A stretch of 64,000 nucleotides of DNA, from the NCBI RefSeq assembly GCF_018977255.1, contig NW_024704743.1, positions 115,756,001 through 115,820,000 of the forward strand, read 5' to 3'. Below, one piece after another: positions 24,150-35,890 of the stretch. Positions within the stretch are counted from its first letter, which is position 1. Every line of letters starts with the position of its first letter. A program made the translations under genes and the position numbers. Below the pieces are notes generated by a model, which saw only the letters and a program-made list of their open reading frames with translations, did no database searches and had not been told where the DNA came from. Source of the DNA: Callorhinchus milii (lineage: Eukaryota).

Positions 24150-25929
24150 ATATGTTCAGTGTTGACCTCAGTCATTGTCCTCTTTGAGACAATGACTGAG
24201 ATCAACAAAGCAATGTGGAAAAAAACTCCAATGCTGTTGTGACAGGAAAGAGCAATGTGACCCCAATTTCTTTCTGTTTTTTAATCTTGATTTATACTTA
24301 TATTCATCTTGGCGAAATATTTCTCTCAAGCCCTAGTCCTGCTGGACACGTCTAAATATGAAGTCAACCCCCTTTACTTTGTTTTTCACAGTTCATGTCA
24401 AATAATCTTCTTACATAAAATTGATCATTCACTTCATGGCTGTTTGTGGGACATTGCTGTGAAAATTGGCTGCTGTGTTCACCCACAAAACACACAGCCA
24501 GGGTGCATCCTGTGAAGTGCTTTCCCAAAGTGAAGGGAATGTAAGGATTATTATTAATTTTATTATTACTTATACCCGAGTTTCTGCAAAATGCTCTGCA
24601 GGGTGGAAATGCCTGAGAATAGGTTGCAGGTTCAGATCTGGACTCTCCGCGGATGAGGTGCATAGTGACAGCTCCTGACGACAACAATTTGCATTTCTAT
24701 AGCACCCCTCACACAAGGTAGCACCCCAGGGTAGCATTCAGCTTAAACTGAACCACTGAGTTTTAAAAATATTAATCAGGCGGTTTTAGTCCTGCAAAAT
24801 GCCTTTGACCACTGAACTGGTGATCTGAAACCTCTGGGTTCAAATCAACAACAACAAATGGCATTTATTCAGCCAATCCCAATGAGTTTGCTCAGCTGTC
24901 AACTTTACGTAATCAATAAAATGTATTGCATGCGCTAAAGGGAGGTAAGTAGGGTCTCTGTGGTTGGGAGTCTCTTCAGGGGGAGGTTAGATGTCTCTTG
25001 GGGGGAGTTGCGTGCGGGGAGGAAGAGAGGTAAGTGCGATCTCTCGGGGAGTGGAGTCAATATTTATGATTAATAAGGATTTTTGACCCTATTGTGGTGT
25101 AAAGTGTGCATCAAATTGCAGGCAATGAAAGGTCTGAAAGGGCCAGACTGGAAGTGTTGATGGTTATTGGTCAGTAGGAAAGATTGTCAATAGCATGATG
25201 AATGAAGTGGATTTGAAGGGGGGTGAGAGGTGGGGGGATATAATCTCCCATCTGCTGGTGTAGTGTCTGAAATAGATGCCCAGATAAAACTAAACTCCCA
25301 GGCGGTGAAGCTAAATTCTGCCGTCTGCATTCCAAGGGCATGAGATTCAGTTACACCAGGAGTGGGGACAAGTCCAATCCTTTGTAACACAAGAGTAGGA
25401 GGGGGCCATTCATCCCATCGAGCCTGTACCACTCCTCCCCCACCCCCCCTTTCTCAGATTATGAGGCGATCTCTAATACCATTTCTTTCCCTTTTCCCCA
25501 ATGTCTATTAGAAAAGATATTCTGGTGCATGGAAACACCTGACGATGCTTGGAGTTGGGGAATCTCACAGTGGCCTAGAAGAGGATTAATAAACCCATTC
25601 AGTATTATGCTTTGTGTCTTTGATGATGTGTAATTATAATTGGAAATCCCATCTGACCAACACTGCACATTGATGAAGTTCTGAGACGCTAACCTGTGTG
25701 AAGGGCGCTGTATAAATGCAAGTTGTTGTTGTTGAAGGGAATTTTTATCCAAGAGTGCAACTCCTGATCTGAGTCGGAGTGTAACAGATGGCTAAATTTA
25801 GAGTGTAATGGGGTGTAATAGCGGATGGGCATGGAGTATAATGGAACGTAATAGGGATGAAAAAAGTCCTTCAGCCCATTTCATTTGATCACATCTTTCT
25901 ACACCAATCCTACTATCTTATTACCCGGG

Positions 25930-26350
25930 ATGAAGGGTCTTGTCTATGACAAGGTGTTGGTTGGACGTGAGTTATATTGTATTCCTTAGAGCTGAGGCCA
26001 TGCGGGGATAATCTGATTGAGTAGTTTAAAATAATGATGGGAATTGATAAATTAGATGCTAGATGACTCTTCCCTTGGGTAGAGGGATCCAAAACAAGGA
26101 GACATAATCTTAAAATGAGAGCTAGGAGAGTCAGACTGAGATCAGGAAGCATTTTGTTCAAGTTCTGTTATAGAGGGGGAATCACTAGAAATGTTCAGTC
26201 AAGTCTTTAGGGCAGTAGAGGTATTAAGAGTTTAGCAAAATGACACAGCATTGAGATTAAACGATCTTCCCAGATCTAATAAACTGATGGAACAGGTTTG
26301 ATGGGCTGAATGGCATCCCCCCTATTCCTGAGTTCCTTTGTTCCTATATT
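25930..26350 (+). mobile_element. CR1-clade LINE 3' fragment, degenerate
   Basis: tattccttagag...aaaacaaggagacataatcttaaaat...gatgggctgaatggc; typical CR1 3' end. Confidence 0.7.
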
Positions 26351-26519
26351 CCTAATGTTCTGGGTTTCTCCTGGAAGTCTGAGATAAACAGCTGTTTGGA
26401 GCATTCCTGTTGGAAGACAGTTGCTCCAAACATAAAATGTCTGGACGTGCGAGGCATTGCATTCCACAATGGGTAGCAAGCTGGGGCTCACAGACTGTCA
26501 CATTCTAGTAACTGGAGCT

Positions 26520-27040
26520 TCAGAGAGAGAGAGAAAGAGAGAGAGAAACTGGGGAGGAGAGCGAGGATAAGAGCAAGGTTGACTGAGCTGCACAAAGAGA
26601 GCAAAAGAACATAAGAATTTGTCAGGTGAAAGAAGTACCATCCATCCAGTTTGCCTTCCACCATTCTGGCAATCGCATGACATGTTGTGTCCCAAACTAT
26701 TGTAGTTCCTCGCAGAAATATATCTAATTTGTTCTTGAATGAATTGACACAAGAAACTTGGGACTGTGCGAGAGGGGGACTGAGAAAAACAGAAAGACTC
26801 GTGGAGAGAGGGAGAGAATGAGAGAGATGGGGAGAGAGAGGGAGATTTAAGACACAGTGACAGACAGACAGACAGACTGAGTGAGAGAGAGAGCAAGAGG
26901 TAGAAAGACTGAGGGAGAGTATGAAACAAAGATCATGAGGGAGGTGAAAGAAGGAGAATTTGGGAAACAGAGAGATGCAGAGAGACTGTGTATGTGTTTG
27001 TGTAAGAGAGACAGACAGAGACAGAATGCAGAGAGCACCT
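26520..27040. repeat. GA-rich low-complexity tract interrupted by a CR1 remnant (about 26610-26765)
   Basis: (GA)n and (GACA)n runs. Confidence 0.85.
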
Positions 27041-27693
27041 GACTTGCTCATTAAAATGAGAATTTTAATCCTTTAAATTTGATATAGCTCTAGGTTATTT
27101 GGGGGGTTTATTATTGGTTTTTTCCCAAAGATGATCTGCCTGAGGATAAAATCCCACTGTCCTAGGGCCGAAAAAAATAACTTTTACCGCATGTGAAAGG
27201 AATCTATGTATGTGCAACTTGCTATGCTTCTGCCACAATGTTCTTGTTAATAACCTTGTTTAAAATTTTTGTTTATTTTCTGCTGATCAGTATTTCATTC
27301 TGGTTCAGAAATGCTCCTCCTTGTATTCCTCCCTCTTTTCCTCTTCCCCCTTCCTTTCCCCTCTTCCCCCCACTGCCCCCCATATCCGTTCTCCTTTATT
27401 CTTCATACGGTTAACTGATCACCTTCATCATTCGTTTATGTGCATAAATAAGGAGCCTTGGTGCGCATGGTTTAATCATGACATAAAACATAAACATTTA
27501 CACATGGCTTACACAAGACATGTAAAACATAGCCACTAACTGTGTGCAAATTCACTGCCGTGTTTGCCTACAAATACAGTCACCATACTTTTTACACATG
27601 ATGCATGATGAGCAAGGTTAGAACCATGACCATGATAGCAGGGTTCACATACAGGTTTGGTTAGACTAAAAGGTTGCTTTCTTCTCGTTGCAG

Positions 27694-27890
27694 GAAGCCA
27701 CGCTTTGGGAGGATGAGTTCATCGGCTTCGCGAGATGTCCAGTGCTGGCAGGTTTTTAACCGCTCCATATCTCAGGAATCCACAGAGAATTCCTCCATGG
27801 AAGACTTTTGGAGTGAAGTGAGGAACATTAAGGAGAGCAGCCTGAATGGGCAAGAGGAGCAGAACATAGTGGATGTCAAGACCCCTGATG
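27694..27890 (+). CDS. ARHGAP28: ARHGAP28 coding exon (KPRFGRMSS...SMEDFWSEVRNIKESS...KTPD)
   Basis: Acceptor ttctcgttgcag, donor gtgagt, phase 2 to 1; SMEDFW motif. Confidence 0.92.
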
Positions 27891-28478
27891 GTGAGTGGCC
27901 TGAACTATGATGGACCAACACTAGCGGGATTTAAAACCTGCCCATCAGCCGGGGAAGGAGCTTCAAAGTCTCAAACAGCAGAGAAGGGAGTACATTCCTG
28001 TGTTCCTCACATATATGAGAAGGGTGTGTATATGGTGTTAGTCATAGTGTGGACCGGACCAGGATGCCCAAATTATTTAGGAGGGAAACATTGAGACACG
28101 AGATGTGAAAATTATTATCAGGACGAAAACTGTCAAATCCAGTTAATAATTGTTGACTCTCCACTGGGGAAGGCCTTTCAGAGGGAAGCAGTTTCAACCG
28201 TTTAAACTATCAATGCCCCAAGCATTGGCTAATGCCAACCTGCATCTAAACTCTCTGGGATTAGGGGAGCAGAGTATGCCCCTGTGGGGGAGAATGTGCA
28301 CTCCATACTAGGCATACAGAAACCGTATGTATGTGGAACTCACAGCAGTTTGGATAGGAAACTCTTGAGCGTGCAAATAGTTTTTGTGTGTGTGAAGACA
28401 CCCATCTAACAAAACCATACCCATCATTTCCATGGTTTGACTCTATGCTAATGAACTTGGCTTTGTCTTCTCTTGTAG

Positions 28479-28696
28479 AGGGGGAGCTGGAGGCTGAGTG
28501 GCTTCAGGAAGTGGGACTGTCCACGCTGGTATCGGGTACAGGAGCAGAGGATGGCATGGCCCTGCTGTCCACACTGACCCGTGCTCAGGCCGCAGCCGTG
28601 CAGCGCAGGCTGGACACCTACACTCAGACCACCAGAAAGAAGAGCAAGCAGCCAGTCAGAGACGTTCGGGATATATTTGGTGTTACTGATCCTCCG
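28479..28696 (+). CDS. ARHGAP28: ARHGAP28 coding exon (EGELEAEWLQEVGLSTL...RDVRDIFGVTDPP)
   Basis: Acceptor tcttctcttgtag, donor gtgagt, phase 1 to 0; strong family motif. Confidence 0.95.
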
Positions 28697-29354
28697 GTGA
28701 GTATGAAGTCACTCCCTTCGCCCTGGTGCTGTTAAATGCACACGTGGGACTGGCCTGATGGTGGAGTTTTATACCTTGTGAATAATCAGCAGAGATTTAC
28801 AACCACAAATAATTTGTCAATTCAATATTGCACAAATTGTCTCATTGGGGTCTATTACAGGAGGTATGTGAACTTGTGTATATTATGTGAGTTGTGTAAA
28901 CCATGAATAAATGTCTGAGCATTATGCAAGTTTTGTAAACGTGTGTGTTGTGTATAACTATGTGTAAACTATATTTTGCGTGAGCTGTGTAAACGCATGT
29001 GCATCATACATGTAAGCTATGTTACAGATTCTGCCAAGCTTTTCATAAATTGTTAATTGTGAGAACATGTAATGCCCTCTTTAGACATTAATTACACATA
29101 ATTACACATGCAATGTTTTCCACAACTTGTATAATAGATGGCCACCAGGACAATCACCCCTGTCAACCTCAGTGTGCATCTTTCTGCGAGTGAGTCTGAC
29201 AAGTTTCAAGACAGTAACAACTTGTACTTATATTAGCACATTTCACCTTGGAAAACATCTCAAAGCAGTTTACGAAGACAGAGTGGGAGCCCTAGATGTT
29301 TTTTTGCTAGTTTTTCATCTAAGGCAATAACTGACATGTCAATAGAACAAATAA

Positions 29355-29782
29355 TAATCATGCCTATATTTGATAGAGTGCCTTTCATGTATGGATGAAG
29401 ACTCAAAATGCTTCACATGATTTTTACTGTAAATAACTTTTTTGCAGACTAACGTGGCATCCCATTTGCACACAACACTGTCCCTCAAACAGCCAAGAAG
29501 CGAGTCACAAACTATATTTGTGGGAATTGTTGGCCAAGCCACTGGGAGAAACTTCTCTTTTCAAATAGTGTCATGGGGTCTTTAATGTCCATCTGAACAG
29601 GAAGATAGGACGTTAGTTTAACTTCTCATCCGAGGAAGGGTAACTGTGCCAGATCAGTGCTCCCCGTGCACTTTATTGGAATGTCAGTCTAGACTGTGAG
29701 TTCAAAGTCACAACATAGGAGATACAACCTTCTGACCACACGCAACCTAAGAAGCGAGAGAGCTATCAACTGAACCTGGCTA
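29355..29782 (-). mobile_element. Deu-domain SINE family B
   Basis: Same architecture as the 4315 copy. Confidence 0.72.
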
Positions 29783-32326
29783 CCACCAAACTTCACGAGA
29801 TGCATTGTTGTCTGTGCTATTGGGGCCGAGAGTGAGATAGGCATGTCAGCTGTGGAAGGAAGCAGGCCGGTGGTGGGGGTGTGGGGGTTGTCATATGGGA
29901 ATTGCCAAATATGTGGAGTTTCCGAATGACTGCTTTTCTGGCTCAGTTTGTGTCTATACAAAATGGTATTTCAGCTTGCTATTAAGCGCAGCCAATCGAT
30001 TGGCTGATGTTGCTCTTATCAGTGAATTTGGGAATTTTGTCACTATCAGTTTTAAATGAAGGAAAAAATAGGTTGTAAAAAAGTGGCCTGAATAGCGAAT
30101 TGTCCTCATTACTCACACCCAGAGACGAGAGTGTGACTGACTGAGCCAAGCTGACGGCACTCAAGTGGAAGAGAGAATCTGCGTCAGCTCTTTGTTTTGA
30201 AAAAAAATCACAGGAATTTTTATCAGAACACTGATGGGAAATGGAAATATTTTTTAAGGGATACAGGCCTTGACCAGGAACGTGGGAAGCAAAAGTATTC
30301 CGGGTGTCGGCTCAGATAAGACTTCAGGAAGTGGCCCAGTCTGGCAGTGTGTTCACACAATGACACTGACTGATGGGTTCCCCTTACCTTTCGTGTCTGA
30401 GGGGAATGCAGGTACCAAATTTTGCTGATGTTCCCTCCTCTTTTGAGTGAGGGTCAAACTAATCACTCGTTTGACGTTTAAATAACAAACAGGATTGGGT
30501 AGTGCCATTTTCTTTAAACAAAGGTTGTTTTTCAAATGCATTCATTTAAATGCTACAGCGAGAGTTTTATGTGCCCGTGTACCAAGAGAGCGATTGTTTG
30601 CTTGGCGTTGTGATATTATTGCAAGATTTACATTTGGGTGTTCACAAGGTTTAACCCCTTCCCCTCCTTAAAGGTTTCAATTGTCCTTTCTGCCCCTCCC
30701 TGAGCCCCTGCACCGCTCAACCACGGAATGGCTGAGCAGATGTAGCTGAAAGAGACACCTCTTTCTGGTCAGCCATAAGTCTTGGAACCTGTAGTTATGT
30801 CCTCCACCCCCTGAAAGCCAAAACATGAATTCACTGGGGTAGCCCAGGCTGGGCAAGTATATCAAATCCTTTCATTATCTTAAACCCTGGAGATCAGGTC
30901 CCCTCTCATCTCCAGAGAGAAAAACTGCAACATGTCCAATCTTTCTCGATCGTTGTATCTACTCATCCCTGCTCCAAACACCTAAATAAATTTATGCTGC
31001 ACTCTGTCCAATTACAATATCTTTCCTGTACTATGGCGACTAAAACTACAAAGAACTTCAAATGTGGTCTCACCAAGGTTTTATATGAATGTAATATTAC
31101 CTCCTTACTTTTGTACTTCACTCCTCTGGACATGAAGTCAAGGAATTAGTTAGAGACATAGACAATGTGATAAGGCTCTATAATCATTATTATGAACACA
31201 GAGACCTGACATCTGCACCTTTACCATATCTACAATGGGTCTCAACTAGCGTGGATGTTGGCTCTCTAATTAACAACATAGAGTATTCAAGAGTGGAACC
31301 ATTGTGATCTTTTTGATCAGCTCAAAGTGTAAACAGGGAAGTTGAATTTCATCTCGTAATGGTTGAACTGTGTCATCAGCTGTGAGTAAATCCTGTACTG
31401 TACTGTGGTTTCTCGGATTTTCCTGGTAAAGGTACTGGTGTGAAACCATGTTGCTTCTACCCCCAGTATTTCCTATAAAATCACTCAGCAGTTTTTGCTT
31501 TGAGTCAGGCTGGTGTCTGACTCATGCTTAAAAGCATCCAACCCTAGAGTTCCCCATAGGTCTGGAAATTTTCGTGAATGGAATGCATACTCTTTGTGGG
31601 CAGGGCGGGGGAAGGGCAGGGGTTTATGGGACACATACTTTTTCCAGGACCTTATAGATCGGGGCAGACTACATTACAATATATAATAATAATCCTTTCA
31701 TTTGGTAGAACACCTTATCGCTTTGTCGGGACGTCCCAAAGAGCTTCAGAGGATTTTACTGTAGAGTGTAGTGACTTTGTACTTGTAGGCAAACATGGCA
31801 GCCAATTTGCATGCAGTGACATCCCACAGTCATGGAGTGAATTAGCAATTTTATCTGGGGGATCATTAGCCGGAAGAAACTCCTCGTCTTGAGTAGTGCC
31901 ATGGGATCTTTAACGTCTCATCCAAAAGACGGCACCTCTGACAAAGCAGCACTCCCTCAACATTGCATGGAACCCACAACCTTTTGATTCAGTGGTCCTG
32001 CCAACTACATCAAGCCGATGCATTGTTTTTCAAAGAAACCAACTTGCATTTTTATATGGCTTTACCATCAATTACTCCTCACGTCACTTACTGTCGAGTG
32101 TACTTTCTGTGGGCAAATCGTCCACAAACAGCAATCAGTTAAACCACCAATTGGTTCATGGTCTAGGCTGGCACTCTGGTGGAACGTTAAGGGGAGCGCT
32201 GCATTGTCATCCCCCCATCCCACTGTCCCCCCCCCCCCCCCCCAGCACTGTGCTGGAGTGTCAGCTAGACTGTAAGCTCAAGTCGTGACGTGGGCCTCAG
32301 ACAGACAACAGTGGAATTTCATTCAG

Positions 32327-32409
32327 GAATTATTGACTGGTTTCAAGTCTGATCAGCTCCCCGGCTCCAACACAGAGGGTGGGTTCAACGATCCCTTTCG
32401 AGGAGAATG
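32327..32409 (+). CDS. ARHGAP28: Candidate ARHGAP28 linker exon (ELLTGFKSDQLPGSNTEGGFNDPFRGE)
   Basis: Acceptor tttcattcag and an open phase-0 frame; weak donor gtatat, so the boundary is uncertain. Confidence 0.3.
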
Positions 32410-32919
32410 GTATATTTTAGTATCTAACAATAGGCCTAACTCAGCGTATCTGTAAAGCAGTGCTCAGGTGCTGCCTCTGTGTTTGTGAAACAATATTTTT
32501 CTATCGCTCTTGCCAGCCCCAATCCATTGGATTTTAGCGGCCGAACAGTTTTTGAAACCTCTTATGCAGTAAACCTATGTGTCGAACGAGATGTTCAGGC
32601 CTTGAAACCTATGGATGAAACTTGACTGAAATTCTGCTGCCTCTTAACTGCTTTGATGCAATAATTATCACCTCAAGAAACATCACATGTGTCACCTTGA
32701 GACAAGGATCCCCCCGTGAATTGCAGCCCTTACATTTCCTGGAGGTGAAGCTCGCTGGAAAAAAGTGCGCTTTTGTGAACCTGCCCAATATGCAAATGTT
32801 CAATTGCTATTCTTGGAACAACCAAATAAGAAAAGAATAGAAGCTTTATAACCTGAGCAGGCCACCTGCAAGGGCTAATTCAGTGTTCGATACTGTTGTG
32901 CGTTATATAGGCTTTGAAG

Positions 32920-33034
32920 TGCCAGAATGCCTTGGGATGTATCTGGTAACGATGGATCTTTCATGGATAGTGTGTATGAAAGCGACACTGAACCTCTGGT
33001 GCATATACAATTCTACCACGATGAGGAACAAGCT
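32920..33034 (+). CDS. ARHGAP28: Candidate ARHGAP28 linker exon (ARMPWDVSGNDGSFMDSV...DEEQA)
   Basis: Strong gtgagt donor in phase 0 and an acidic low-complexity peptide; acceptor ambiguous (32911, 32920 or 32926). Confidence 0.35.
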
Positions 33035-33488
33035 GTGAGTAATCCTCTGAGAGCTGCTCTAAAACTGCCCCGGTTTCTGCAAAAGCTTCCTTTTCAACCA
33101 CTTGTCATTGTTGAGGTGAAATTTGTGGCATTTCAGAATCCGTTTATCACAAGGAACTTTTTCCATGAAACTTGCAGATTTCACCTCACTGTTTCATTCT
33201 TTGCATTTTATTCTAATCACTTTGAGATGTCTTCCCGAGTTGAATAGGGCTGTATAAATTAACTTGTACTGTAAATTGCACTTTATTTCTTCCTTCAAAT
33301 GCTTGAGTTGGGACTTTGTGGAATTGCTATTCTGCGATCTTATGCTCCTAATTTGATTTGTTTTAAGTCACACCCGGAAATGTGTTGGGCATAGCAATCT
33401 CTAAAATGTTTATTTTTTTTACTTTGTCTTTTAAATAAGCTTCTTTCTTACCCCTTTGGATTGGTGTCTTGTTTTCCTTCACTATTTG

Positions 33489-33797
33489 GAGTCCTGTAGC
33501 TCAGTGGTTAGAGCACTTGCCTTGCAAGTGAGACACCTGGGTTCAATTCCAGGCAGGGTGAAACCCTGTGGAAGTTTCCTTACTCCAAACGCCTAATAAT
33601 AATCCCTCCAAAACAACCAATACTAAATTGGTCATTTTCAATCCACGATTGTTTGTGGGACACTGCTGTGCGCAATTGGCTGCCGCGTTTCGCCCACAAA
33701 TATACAGTGAATTCACTTTACAGTTTATTCTGTGAAGAGCTTTGAGACGTCGAGAAGATGTGAAAAGCGCTATATCAAATGCAATGATTATTATTAT
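33489..33797 (+). mobile_element. SINE family A, short form
   Basis: Full head, body and tail. Confidence 0.9.
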
Positions 33798-34451
33798 TTT
33801 TATTTATTTCCCTCCCTTCCTCCCTAAACATTTGCAGAGAAACAACATAAAAGCAATGGAGGAAAGGAAAATTCCAATTCCTATTAAAAACTATTCCGTC
33901 AGTGAGTGGGGGTTTCTTGACTGTTGGCACACTCAGAAAGACTTTCCAATGCTCCAAGTGTTCTTTTGGTTTTTTTTACAATCTGTTGCTGACCCTGATA
34001 CACTCCTGGTGTTTACTGGGGAAAAGACCAGTGCTTGGAGGGGAATTTCTGGCAGCTTGCATTAGGGGAAGTAGAATTTCCTCTTGATTTTCTTCCTTCT
34101 AGTTATTATTGATGCCTTCTAATATTTGCTGTTAAAAAAAATCTGTTTTTATTTTATTTTTGTTCATTTTGTCTTTAAAATTTAAGACTGAGCAGAATTA
34201 TTAAACATTTTAAATTCGCTGTTAAAAACGATATTCTTAAAGTCATATCTATTTGATTAAGGTTTTTTAAATTAAGTAAGCAGGGTGTGTCCCTACTAGC
34301 AGAATGTGTGCACCCCATTCCGGACACCAGGAAATTTCCATGTGTAGGTGGCGTAAATGTGTGGAACTATTTGAATACTCTTTGAATACTCTTCGAACCA
34401 ATCGATACTTACAGCACAGAAAAAGACCATTTGCGCATTGTATAATAATAT

Positions 34452-34756
34452 ATATAATAATCCTTGCATTTGTTATAGCGCTTTTCAGTCTTCTCGACGT
34501 CTCAAAGCGCTTCACAGAATAGACTGTAAAGTGAATTGACTGCATATTTGTGGGCGAAATGCGGCAGCCAATTGCGCACAGCAGTGTCCCACAAACAGTC
34601 GTGGATTGAAAATGACCAATTTATTATTGTTTTGGAGGGATTATTATTAGGCGTGTGGAGTAAGGAAACTTGCCCAAGGTTTCGCCCTCTGTCTGGAATT
34701 GAACCCAGGTGTCTCACTTGCAAGGCGAGTGCTCTAACCACTGAGCTACAGGACTC
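34452..34756 (-). mobile_element. SINE family A, short form
   Basis: Full head, body and tail; inverted relative to the 33489 copy. Confidence 0.9.
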
Positions 34757-35059
34757 CACATATACTCCACATATATCTATAACTTGCTCTAATCCATTCA
34801 GTTCCATTCCCCTGCCTTTTCCCCATACTTCTGGAAATTACTCTAAATATCTATTAAAAACGATTCCGTCAGTGAGTGGGGGTTTCTTGACTGTTGGCAC
34901 ACTCAGAAAGACTTTCCAATGCTCCAAGTGTTCTTTTGGGGTCTTTTTACAATCTGTTGCTGATATCTATGCAGTTCTGTTGAGAAACAAACATGGATTC
35001 TGCCTCGACTTTCATGTGGCAGGGCATCGTCGATTATCAGATCGCTTTATTATCGGTTT

Positions 35060-35352
35060 TGCATTGTCAGAGGTGAGGATGATACATTAGATCAAGACTT
35101 AGATGAAACGTTAAATCAAGATCCTATCTGCCTGTTCAGGTGGATGTTAAAGATCCCATGGCACTATTCAAAAAGAGAAAGGAGTTTCTCCTGGTGTCCT
35201 GGCCAACAATCCCCCAGATAAAATTGGTCATTCACTTCACATTGCTGTGCACACATTGATTAGTGCACACATTTACATTTTACAGTTTATGCTGTGAAGG
35301 TCTTTGAGATGTGGTAAACTGCTCTGTGAAATGCAGGGATTATTATATTATG
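35060..35352 (+). mobile_element. Deu-domain SINE family B, 5' truncated
   Basis: caggtggatgttaaagatcccatggcactattc...gtgtcctggccaac core. Confidence 0.78.
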
Positions 35353-35533
35353 ATTACTCTCTTTGAAAAAAAAATCAGAATCTTCCCCTCATCTCTGTGA
35401 AGCATTTTTGAAGGCGTTTGTACAAAGTTGGGGCAGAGAAGGAAATTAAGCGAAAGCATTGGTGGTGGTGGAGGAGGACAGTGAAGAGTGATCTGTCACA
35501 TTTCTTTCCTGCGGGAGGCTTCTCTGCTATTTA

Positions 35534-35890
35534 GACTCTTGTAACTCAGTGGTTAGAACGCTCGCCTCACAAGTGAGAGACCCGGGTTCAGTTCCCGGCA
35601 GGGCAAAATGTTGGGCAAGCATCCACACGCCTCAGTTTACCTAGTAGTAAGTAGGAACCCGGTTGCTAAGTCGATTGAATGGATTACTTTTCCTGGTAAT
35701 AATTCCTTAAAAAAATAGTAAACTGGTCACTTCAATCCTGACTGTTTGTGGGACACTGCTGTATGCAATTGGCTACCGTGTTTCGCCCACAAAATATACA
35801 GTCAATTCACTTATAGCATATTCTGTGAAGTGCTTTGAGACGTCTTGAAGACGTGAGAAGGTGCTTTATCAAATGCAAGGATTATTATTT
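35534..35890 (+). mobile_element. SINE family A, long form
   Basis: Full head, body and tail. Confidence 0.88.
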
